From Macrostomum hystrix (taxonomy: Eukaryota > Animalia > Platyhelminthes): a stretch of 64,000 bases of DNA. The translations under genes were made by a program, and so were the position numbers. Location: positions 3,968,001-4,032,000 of the forward strand of contig CATNEN010000005.1 of assembly GCA_950097015.1 (NCBI GenBank). Reading direction: 5' to 3'. Below the pieces are notes generated by a model. The model was given only the letters and a program-made list of their open reading frames with translations, was not told the origin of the DNA and made no database searches. Positions within the stretch are counted from its first letter, which is position 1; every line of letters begins with the position of its first letter. This document shows positions 37,001 to 49,000 of this stretch, one piece after another.

Positions 37001-40000
37001 GTATGGATTTAGTCACGACAGCACTTCAAAGGTACAGCGCAGGTAAAGTAAAAAATGAAACAGTGCAAAATGCTCATCGTTTTATTTACTGTTTTTAATT
37101 TTCTGTGGGTCGAGCAAGTATAAACTAACTAGACTATGTAAGCGAGGCATAGTTTACATATAATTTATTCTCGTATTTACACTCATTTAAACTAATTAAA
37201 ACTTGTACTTGTACTTCTAATTTATACTTATAGTTCCTAATTTTCGCGATTGAAAAATAACAGTTTCTCACCTGCTCCTCCGTCAGTTTAGTATCGAACA
37301 CCTTGACGGCCTTATCATCGTCTAGAAATAGTTCGCGAACTTTGCCAGTGCGCGTCTCGGGCAGACCGATGTCGTCTGGCTGAATTGACCCGCTGCGCAT
37401 TCGGCTCTGTCGCTGCCTCGCCGAGTCGTCATCCTCGGCTGGCGTCTCCGTCTCGCTGCCGGACGATGTTTCGCTTTCAGCTTCGGTTGATTCTTCCACA
37501 GATGAACTGCTCACTTCGTCCGATTCAGTATCAGTTTTGCTTGAGACGCTGGCGACGTCAGATAGCTGAGGAGTTGTGGTTGTGCCGCTTGCCGTGTTTG
37601 ACGGCTTGTCGGCCACGCTCGCACCCCCGATTGTTGAGGTTGTAGCTTCGGTGGTAGTTGTGGTGGCAGCTCCACCTTTTAGGGAAGCTTCACCGCCTGC
37701 TGTAGCGGTGGTGGCAGCGGTGGGAGCGGCTGCGGCGGCTTCTGAACGGCCAGCAGACGATGGCTGAGAATCTTCGTGCTTCGATTCGTCGCTGCTGTCA
37801 CCCTCTTCTTGAATGGCTGCGAGCAGAGTGTACCTGTTGTTCTCCCTCGTGAACCACGTGCTGCCGGGGAATTTATGGGTCACATTTCGCTGCAGATCTT
37901 CGACTTCCACCTGGAGAAGAGAGCAAAGAGTGCAAAGTTTCACGACTAATGTCATTCGTTTCGTTTTACTCGCCGAAGGTTTCAGCCGAAGGACCTCGGC
38001 ACAATTCGAATCTATCCCCTACTAGCTTACATGCGACAATAGCCAGTTGTCCTGCTCGTACTGCGCATCTGTCCACAGACGTATTTTACTGATTGCGCCA
38101 AGGTCCGGCGAGCTTATCAAGAATTCGTCAGTTCTAAAATAAATAATTTCGATGGTGAAGGAGAAGTTTAGCTTGAGCTTAGTTGATAAGTTACATTGAG
38201 AAAAAAAATTATTAAGTTTGTTCCTACCGGCCACTCTGAAACTTATCGCCTCGCTCATTTTTAAACGTCCTGACGTCTGTTTCGCCTAGATCTCCGCACA
38301 GAGTGATTGACACTGCGGCGTGTGTACCAGCGTTTTCAACCGAATCCGTCACAAATCGCAGCTTGTAGTCACAGAGACCTGTTTAACAACAGGGTTGTGA
38401 AAATTTAGGGCAGGTGTTTCGGGGCCGGGATTTTGGGGCAGGGTTTGTGAGGCAGGGATTTTGGGGCATGGGTTGTGAGGCAGGGGTATTGGGGCAGGGG
38501 TTGTGAGGCAGGGGTTTTGGGGCAGGGGTTGTGAGACAGGGGTTTTTGGGAAGGGGTTGTGAGACAGGGGTTTTGGGGCAGGGGTTGTGAGAAAGGGGGT
38601 TTTGGGGCAGGGGTTGTGAGGCAGGGGTTTTGGGGCAGGGGTTGTGAGGCAGGGGTTGTGAGGCAGGGGTTTTGGGGCAGGGGTTGTGAGACAGGGGTTT
38701 TGGGGCAGGGGTTGTGAGACAGGGGTTTTGGGGCAGGGGTTGTGAGACAGGGGTTTTGGGGCAGGGGTTGTGAGGTAGGGGTTTTGGGGCAGGGGTTGTG
38801 AGGCAGAGTTATTTGACATTGGATCGTAAAGCTGCAACTGGGGAGCTCGGGGTTGTGGAATCGCGTTTGTGATTCTGGATTGTTTTTGTTAGGACTTGCT
38901 GTAATTATTGGGCTACGATGCTAAATAATTAAGGCTACCTACCCTTCTCCTGAGCGGCCTGTTTCTCCTTCTGTTCCTGCTCAATTCGAAGCTCCCTCTC
39001 TTCCTGTTCCTCTTTCTCGCGTCTAAGCTGCTCCTCGCGCTGTCGTTGAGCTTTCTCTTCATCGCGCTTTCTGGCTGCTTCCTCCTCGTCACGCTTTCTG
39101 GCCTCCTCTTCCAGCTGTTTCCATCTCTGATCCTCAGCTTCCTCAGCTTCATCTTCTTCATCGCTAAGTAACGTCGGCTTCTTCTCCTGGCTAGCAGCTG
39201 CTTTCGATGTCGTTGCTTCTGCTTCGTCCTCGGAACCTGTATTAAGTGATAACATTTAGCTAAAGGTTTTTTTGAATTTTTTGTCGAAATCCTTGGTGGG
39301 ATTTTTCCGAGAAACTGCAAGCACCCACCCCACGCCAATGACCCACCCCACGCCAATCACCCACCCACGCTATTCTGCACCCACCCACGCCCAGCATCCA
39401 CCCAACGTAAAGCACCCTCCTCACTTCAAGAACCCACCTCAGTCTAATCACCCACCGCATTCCAAGCCAAACACACACCCGCACCAAGCACCCACCCCAC
39501 ACCTCGAAGCATCGCGGTTGGTATGTGCAAAACAAGATTTATTGATTTGAGCATACCAGAGTCGGACTCCTCAGAGAAGCTGGAAGCTTTCATTTCCTTT
39601 TTCTCGCCCGCACTTTTGTTGCGCCTGTTTTCGTCATCTGAAACAAAATTTGTCAAGTTGTCAAGTTCAGTAAATTTGTTTTTTTAATGATCGATTCAAA
39701 GGGTGCTAAAAACGATAGTCGTCGTAATCACCTGAATCATTATCGAAAGAACTGTTGCTACTAAAAGAACCGCGCCTCTTGATTTCGTCTGAAAAATGCG
39801 ATTGTTTGTAGCAAGTGAAAAATTGCCTTAGCGTAAAAAACGAATTTGTCTTGGCGTAAAGCTTGCAAGAAATCAATATTTACCTTTGCGGGTATCTCCA
39901 CTGTTGGAATTCTTCTGTGGTGACTCTTCTGCAAGAGGACATGTGGGTTTGCGTATAGGTCATACTTAGAGGTTATAATGCAGGTATTATTTTTGTACCA

Positions 40001-43000
40001 TAGAAATTTAGGCCAAAGCCTCATTTCCTGCGCGAGGGACGGGGTATCGGGGCGTTGGGCGTCGCCCCACCCATGACCATAGACGATTTGTTTTTCGAGA
40101 GAATCTTATTAGTTGCTCTGTAGAAAATAGGAAGTACGAGTTTTTGCTGGGGGTCTGCGCAACGATAAGAAATTCTGGGCAGATTATAGCTCGTATATCC
40201 TATGTGAGTGCGTGTTTGCGTATTGTACCCGTGTGTGCTCAGGAGTCAGCCTCCTTACTGGCTGCGGTTCTGATCTGCCACAAAACAATCTACCAGTGCC
40301 CACATACATTTTTATGGTATTTTAATCGAAAGAAACTGCAATCAGCAATATTGTGAAGACAGCAATCAAGTGAAGTGAAATTACCAATATCGGGTGCATC
40401 ATGCACTGAAACTTCAGGGTCCTTAATGCGCTGCTGCTGTTGGTGATCTTTCTGTTGTGGCTGTTGTTCTGTGAACAAGTAAACAAATGAAAATGGAAAG
40501 TTCTGGTAATAAAAATATTCACGATAACAGTGAAACAATTAAAACAAATTTGTGTACAATAGCAACGTGCTTCAAAGTACAAAGTATTCCGCGTGAAGTT
40601 TTAGTGAAGCCTTAAAAAGTATACACCGTTTATTACAATTGATACTTTTAACTGTAAATAAATAAAATCAAATATTTTTACAAGATAGGTGATTTCGCTT
40701 AGATATTATAAACAAATTTACTAGGGAAAGATTTAGATAGCATTAGTTACTTAGAAACACTAGTGAAAAACAGGTCCTTTAAAGAGATCAATGTGTACAT
40801 ATTATTCAATATGTACATTACTCGCATTATTTTTCATGCAACTGAAGGCTGCGTACGGCTGTTCTGTCCATGGACTGGTGGGACGCCACACCCACCCACA
40901 ATTACCCCGACTATTGCTGGCACCCATATACAGATTGCAGCTTTTGGAGTCGAAGTCTCCAAAGTCGTGAGTTCTACACTCAAACACCAAAAAAAATAAA
41001 CGGATCAAGATCGATAAACTATTTTAAACTACATCTAAAACTTAAGGGCCAGATGTACAGCTTCCGACAGCTGTTCAGTCCATGGACTGGGGAAAACAGT
41101 CCCCAGTTACTCTAATTTCAATTTTACAGCTGGGTGAACTAGAGCAGTATTGATGGAAATTTTATTCCTCAAATTTTCTTTAGAAATATTAGAATACATT
41201 CTGAACAATAACTTTTCCGTGATTAAAGAGAACGTGCTTGGTAGTGTTTAGTGCGCCATAGAAGACCACTACATAGAAGTTTATTACAGTATTCTACTAC
41301 TATAGGCTACCTTCACTTGCACCGTATAGCACAGCCTTGGCAGCGGCAATGTCGCTTTCAAAATCATCGCCACCTTCTTCATCCTCATTGTCTGTGTCGA
41401 ACTTCGGCCGGGGAACTTTCGTTGGTTTCACAATTGGAGTGCACGAAATTAATGCTTTTTATGATAATTTCCTCGTTAAGTTTGTTAATTTTGAAATAAT
41501 TTGCAGATTAATTAAGTAGTTTATTATACCGTCATCGACCAAAATACGAGCGTAGTAGTTATTTTCATTTTTGAACAAATCTAATTAATTAACCATTGGT
41601 TGTGAAAAATTACAACGAAAGTTTTGTTAGCCGTCTAAAATTTTGTCACTGCAAAAAAAGTTTTTTAAAACGATCACTGTTAGATATTTCAGATTAAAAT
41701 GTTTAACTAAAACATGTTTTCTATTAGAAATTTAGTTATAAAAATACAGATTTCTTATAGTAAGCAACTTTCGGTTTAAAAAATCCGGAAATTTCGTTTA
41801 TTTTAAACAATTATTGCGTGACAAAAATACAACAAATATTTCTTAAACTCTATATGGATTTTTTGTAATCAATAATCAATAATCGTAATCAAATTAATAA
41901 AACAAATAATTGTTTACTCACCAGGAGTATCGTGTTCCGGCGAGCCCTCGATCTTGAAGTTGACAACTTCTTCATCTTCCTCCTCGGACTCTTGGGAGCG
42001 GTTGCCTTCGCTGGAGACTCGCTGAAAAAATGCAGACGTGGAGTTTTTACGGAATTAAGTAATGTCATTGAATTCCGATTAACTAGGTCTGTGCGTAGTT
42101 AAAAAGATAAATTCTACCCACTTTTCGTCTATGTTGCGCCTCGTCGTCAGATTCGTTATCCGATTTGGCAGCTAAAATAGAAAAATAATGATAAGGCAAT
42201 TCGACCAGGTAAAAACTAAATTATGTTCATGCAGATTTAAAAAATAAATTAATTACAAGCTGCACAACGCTCTTGTCGACTCTTTTGCAGCCATCGATCG
42301 AAGTGGAACACCCAGCGTTTGCCGTCTTGCTGCTCAACTGTGACGGTATCAACGTACCAACCAGTCGAGATGCCACCTTCCACCAGAAGTCTGTCAATGG
42401 TTTAATTGATGGGATCAATTAATCTATGATGAAGTGGGAAGCTCAGATGATAATTTAAAATTAGCGTTTAAATATCTGCCACCCCGTTCCAGGCACCCAC
42501 CCGTCTCTAAGCATCCACCCCACTCCAAGCACCCACCCCACTCCAAGAACCAACCTCTAAAAAAATAATGTTTATGTTAGTAAGAGGGCTGTGGATACCC
42601 ATCACACACTCAAACAGGATGTACATCTGCCCTGACTTTCTTATCATCACTCTCACTGTGCCTTGGAAGTTAGCTCTGGAGGGCCTAAATTGCACAAGCG
42701 GTGTCTCCGCTGTTGCGCCTCAAATAAATGTAGCCTTGCCGCGGAATCGAGCTCTGGCTAGGCGCAAGCGCGATAGACCGATCGTGCAACCACCCCTTGC
42801 CGCGCAACCACCCCACGCCGAGCAACCACCCAACGCCGAGCAAACACACCATGCCGAGCAACCACCCCACGCCGAGCAACCACCCCACGCCGAGCAACCA
42901 CCCCACGCCGAGCAAACACCCCACGCCGAGCAAACACCACGCGCCGAGCAAACACCACGCGCCGAGCAACGACCCCACGCTGAGCAACCACCCCACCCCA

Positions 43001-46000
43001 CGCCGAGCCACCACCCCACGCCGAGGAACCACCTCATGCCGAGCAACCACCCCACGCCCAGCTTTTTCGTCTCGAAGTTGCTTTTTTACTCACTCGGCAT
43101 CCTTCAAATCTCCCAGCTCTTTGTCGGCGAGCACTTTGAATTTGTTAATCTGGCCTCGATCGAAAAGATTGACTCCATCGCTGTCCTGTTGCGATTCTTT
43201 GTCCAATGACAGCGGCTTCGAAGTGTCCAGATTGCCAGCTAGGCGGAGGGTGACGCGGCCGTCTGTTTTGGCACCCATTCTGTCGCCAGTTTTCACAGTA
43301 ATCGAATAGGTTCGCTCCTCCGCATTTTCAGTTGAATCTTCTTTGCCTTCCGGTACTGCAAAACCCAAAAATTGTTCAACAACTAAGTTTTTTTAGCATG
43401 TTTTATATCATTAAAACGACTGTCTAACAGAGAAGTTAGAAGGCTAACATGTAACACACGTTTAACAGATGACAGACGTGTCTAACAGGTGACACCTGGG
43501 ACAAACGCACTCTCGCTTTAATTTCAAGTTACTAACCAACTGGCAGCGTCTCGGACGAGTTCCTCTCGATCCAACGGTCAGCTTGGAAGCGCCACTGCTT
43601 GTCGCCGTGAGCAACTGTTACAGACTGCGGCAGCCAGCTGCTTGTCAGTCCACCACCTTCCGTCTGGAGTCTGTAATCAGGTTTGGAGTTTTTTAATGAA
43701 AGCTTCACCATTAGGGGCGGATAGCTCAGTCAGTAAGGTGTCGGACTCTGGATCAGATGGTCCTGGGTTCGACTCCCGACCTAGTCTAGAACTATTCGTG
43801 CAGCCTTTGGCAAGCTGCTTTGCCCTGATGTGCACACAGTCTACTCAGCTGCAATTGAGTACCGACATTTCGTCGGGTAATAACTATTCCGGCTGGCGTG
43901 GAATAAAGCAGTTTTGTGCGGCAATTCTGTGGGGTTTGGATGCTGCCGATATGTTTGGAAAAATAAATTCCATTGCTGACACGCGGCTGTCAACCGGTGT
44001 CCGAGAGAGCCGGGGAGTACAATAGGTGTGCAGTCCCCACCTGCTAGTGTGCCTGACACACAACACCTGCACTGGCCCTTGGGTCTAGTGTCAATTATTA
44101 TTATTATTATTATTCACCATTAGAGTTAACAAATTTATAAAAATAATCAACTCACTCAATCGCTTTTATGTCGCCCAGATTGGCGCCAAAATTCACGCTA
44201 AACTCATCCGTTTGGCCGCATTCGAAGCAATCAATGCGATCGTTTCTCAGCTCGAATCGCTCTGATTTACGATTCTGGCCAATCAGAGTGGCGAATACTC
44301 GAGCATCTGTTCCGGCCGATCGCTGATCCGAGGTGCGAATCGTCACCTTGTAGACGCTCTCTTCGTTTGACTTGTCATTGGCATCTTCTGTAATAAAAAA
44401 TTGACCTGTCAGATAGAAGGACTGACCTGATAGAGAACTGTTACAGAGAGAGAGGAACTGTTAGACAAGGGGAGTGGAACTGTTAGACAGAGGGGAACTG
44501 TTAGACAGAGGGGAACTGTTAGACAGAGGGGAACTGTTAGACACAGGGGAACTGTTAGACAGAGGGGAACTGTTAGACAGAGGGGAACTGTTAGACACAG
44601 GGGAACTGTTAGACAGAGGGGAACTGTTAGACAGAGGGGAACTGTTAGACAGAGGGGAACTGTTAGACAGAGGGGAACTGTTAGACACAGGGGAACTGTT
44701 AGACAGAGGGGAACTGTTAGACAGAGGGGAACTGTTAGACACAGGGGAACTGTTAGACACAGGGGAACTGTTAGACTGAGGGAGAGTCACTGTTAGACAG
44801 AATGAGAGGAACTGTTAGACAGAAAGAGAGGAACTGTTAGACAGAAAGAGAGGAACTGTTAGACAGAAAGAGAGGAACTGTTAGACAGAAAGAGAGGAAC
44901 TGTTAGACAGAAAGAGAGGAACTGTTAGACAGAAAGAGAGGAACTGTTAGACAGAAAGAGAGGAACTGTTAGACAGAAAGAAAGGAACTGTTAGACAGAA
45001 AGAGAGGAACTGTTAGACAGAAAGAGAGGAACTGTTAGACAGAAAGAGAGGAACTGTTAGACAGAAAGAGAGGGAACTGTTAGACAGAAAGAGAGGAACT
45101 GTTAGACAGAAAGAGAGGAACTGTTAGACAGAAAGAGAGGAACTGTTAGACAGAAAGAGAGGAACTGTTAGACAGAAAGAGAGGAACTGTTAGACAGAAA
45201 GAAAGGAACTGTTAGACAGAAAGAGAGGAACTGTTAGACAGAATGAGAGGAACTGTTAGACAGAAAGAGAGGAACTTTCCGACAATGAGAAAGAGAGAGA
45301 GAGAGTCACTTGTTAAACCGAACAGAAGTCTTTCTAACCTGCACTCAACGTGTCAGACGAGTCCTTTTCAATCCATCGTCCTGCTGGAAACAACCACTGA
45401 CGGTCGCCGCGTTTTACCGTGACTGACTCCGGCAACCAGCTGGTGTTGAAACCGCCTTCTCTAAGGTAGAGCCTACAGTTTTTTAATGAAAATTTTTGAT
45501 AGATATGTATGTTACTACTTGAGTCTGCAACACTCTGAGGGATCGCAATGTGACGTCACTCCAATCGCAACATGACGTCACTCCAATCGCAATATGACGT
45601 CACTCCAATCGCAACATGACGTCACTCCAATCGCAACATGACGTCACTCCAATCGCAACATGACGTCACTCCAATCGCAACGTTACGTCACTCGAATCAC
45701 AACATGACGTCACTCTAATCGCAATTACAGAATTACTCTAAACGAAATTAGCATCTAAATCAAAGAATTTCACTCACTTAACGGCGGTAATTTCTCCCAG
45801 ATTTTTTCCAGCATCCACGCTGAAATGATCAGAGTTGCCGCGCTCAAAGAGATCCTTTCCGTCTTTGCCTTCTAGCGACAATTTCTCCGAGGTGGCATCG
45901 GTGCCAACTAGCTGAATAAGTACTTTTCCGTCGGTTCCAGACCCAAGTTTGTCGCTAGTTTGCACCGTCACTTCATATTCGCCGTCACTCGAAGCTTTCT

Positions 46001-49000
46001 TGCCGCGACTTTGACTGCTGCTGGCGCCGCTGCTGGCACTGCTGCTTCTGGTCCTAGAGGATCCGTCTTTGTCTGCAGAGCATTGTGAACAAGAAATCAT
46101 ACAGATGTCATCGTGTGGCCTCGACCATACTTGACTAATAATTGGAGTAACATAATGCTTTTTCTGCAGCCTTTGAGTAGCAAGGGCATCTTTGATGTTT
46201 GGTCTGTTTGTGCGCACAGAGGCCGTTAACGAGAAGGCTCTAAGAAGTGTCGCACGCACAACAAACAAAACAAACAACTTTGATGTTACGAAAACCGCGG
46301 CTCAACTAACGGGGGACAAAAAAGACTTTTAGATATTGCTTCTGCTGCTGCAATTGAATGCTCTCTTGATCAGCTTTCGAGCTTTTTGCCTTCAACAGCT
46401 CCCTGCAGCCCTTGCCTATGGGCCTATCCAGCAATCAGGCCTAGATAGCTGCGTCACACTGGAGAGGACTCGAAACGAGGTCACATAAGCTACGCAGGCA
46501 ACCGGGTTGAGAATAAGAGAATATGAGAACGAGAACAGGAATAGCAATGGCAATATTCGTTTGTATTTGCAAAAGCCATCTGGGCAAATTAGACAGCAAA
46601 TGGGCTGGCTGATATGCTGCCAGTGTCATGTATGCTGTCATAGATCAGGTTAAGTTGAGGAACACGAGCTTCATCAGTGTTGGGACTAACAATGATTAAT
46701 TAGGTTTCTCCTAGAAGATGTTCCAAAATATTCTGTAATTTTTTTAACTATTTTCTTGCATATGAGAAATTAAATTGTGTAGTTTGATTTTATATTGAAC
46801 TGACGTATTTGCTTGCAAACCAGTGGTTTATAGGGCATGGAATTTATGACAGAGAAGTCGGGAGTTCGAATCTAAGCCTAATAAATAATTTTGTGCTACC
46901 TTAATTGAGCAAGGCATCTCCAAAATAACTGCTTTCATCCTTATTTTGAACCGCATTCTAAATAACAGAATGGTGTATGGATATATTTAAAGTAACAGTC
47001 ACCATAGATCTGAAAATTCTATACTGGGGGGTGAGTGGCAGAGAGGTCAAACGCCTTTGTGTCTCGCACCAAGGTCCCTGAGCTCGATTCCGCGGCGAGG
47101 CCACATTCATTTGTGGCGCAGCCGCAGAGAAGGCTTTGGGGCTTGTGGTGCAATTAACTCTCCAACCTCCAAGGCACAGTGAAGTATTCACTGCCTGACG
47201 ATGAGAAAGTCAGGGCAGATGTACACACGCTAACAATGTGCGTGTGTGTTTGGGAGTCATAAAAATTTCCAGAATTGCCTCCTCGCTGGCTGCGTGTCTA
47301 TTGTCACCAAATGATGTGCCAGTGTTCACAGGTTCATGCAATTACTATTATAACTATTATTGGAAGTTAACTCACCAGAACCCTGTTCGTCGTCTTTCTG
47401 GGACTCATCGTCATCTTGGAAGTCCTCTTCGTAGGCTGAAATGTCAAATTTAGTTGCAAAAAAGTCAACTGACTGCTGCTGCGGCTGCTGCTGCTGACAT
47501 TGATTGACTAAAGACAATTGATGATTAGAACTCTGACTAGAATGAAATACAGCAGCTTGTTGAACAAGTTGTCCAACTAGAGCAATCTTCTGACAGGGTA
47601 ACATTCAGTGCTTGCGGCTGTGTTTGAAAACGTGTGTGTCTTTATCCATGAATGAAAATAAATTGAAGATTTCAGATCGATTTGTCCGGAAGAAACGTCT
47701 CATTAGTATGGAAGAAGAAAGATGGCTTGAAAATCGCAGCGAAAATAGACGCCAAATCTATTCTGATTGGTTGAGGACGTTTCGGCTAAAAATGCTCAAT
47801 CATTTGCCGATTGGTTAAAAGCGCATTGGCTTATCGAAGAATTGAGCTATCGCACAGTTTGGTTATGTAAACATAAGCAGTAAAAGTTAACATAATCATC
47901 GATATGTAAAAAGACATTTCTATGATATAAAAAATAGTGGCGTCATTCGGTGCTTTCTATCGCGTTTGCGTCCGGCGTCAAGGTCCCCGAGCTCGATTCC
48001 GCGGCGAGGCCACATTCATTTGGGGCGCAGCCGCGGAGAGAAGGCTCGGTGGCTTGTCGTGTAATTTATGCGCAAAAAATGCAAGCCTTCAAAGGTGCAG
48101 TGAGAGTGTACAGAGCCTGACCATGAGAAAGCCAGGACAGATGTACCCAACAATGGGTGTGTGTGCTCAGGAGTCGGTAGAATGTCGCTGGCTGAAGGTC
48201 AATACAGCATTGTGAAACAACATTATTTGCTGTTGTCACATAGCTGTTTTATAAAATAGCAAAAGTAATACAGGATAAGAATATATACGAAGAAATTAAT
48301 TGAAAGTACAGAAAGGTCACAACTAATAGGTCAGTAGCAAGAAAACTACGAGGGTGTTGCAAAAGTTTCCGGACTAATGCTAATCCTGGTGACAATTCGT
48401 GTTTGATTTGGCTGAAAATTGATGTCTATGGTATTCAGCCGTAGAAAATACTTTTCCTAAAATTTTATGCAGCTTAGTCAACCACAGCATACATGAGGGC
48501 CAAAATAGGTTGCAACCCTATGAAGCTGTTGACACAATTTTCACAAACCAAAAGTGAGCGAAAATGAGTCGACCGAAGAATCCATCGGAGTTCGGGTCTA
48601 AGAAAGCCAGCTTCCAACGACTGCTGAACCACCCAGCCTACAGTCCCGATCTCGCCGTCGCCGATTTCCACCTCTTTGGCCCAATGAACATGCCAATGCG
48701 GGGCGAGATCTTCACAATGCGCGAGGAGGTCATCGAAGCAGCCAACAAGTCTCTACGTCAGTTCGATGCCAGCTTCTGGGAGTCTGGCTTCGACAAGCTG
48801 ATTGAGCGCTACTGAAAATGCATCTCGGTAAATGGCGAATACGTGGAGCGAGCCAGCAATCAACCTGTGGACGCATCCGGCGATAGAAGCGACAGTGACA
48901 GTGATTGGTAGCTGTAACTCGGAACTCGTATTTCATGACTATAATAATCTAGTGTACAATCGCTTATTACTTTGGACCATCAACTCCAAACTTTCTGAAA

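Noticed and set aside
38820-38900. Extra exon of the ERICH3-like gene (acceptor ttacAG near 38899)
   Set aside because: The frame hits TAA without a good donor, and exons 38943 and 38378 join in phase without it.
43714-43786. tRNA gene
   Set aside because: Mismatches in the acceptor, D, anticodon and T stems. It continues into a 330-bp body with tail and TSD, so it is a SINE head.
47276-47330. GCCTCCTCGCTGGC in the S1 SINE 3' region is identical to the P3-L3-P3 segment I recall for the genomic HDV ribozyme
   Set aside because: The rest of the fold is missing. There is no GG for P1.1 after a 7-nt P1 strand, no convincing upstream P1 partner, and no C-R-A J4/2 followed by a P2 partner. The GGC is instead used in a simple 9-bp hairpin. 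An RNArobo/Infernal search on the family consensus would settle it.
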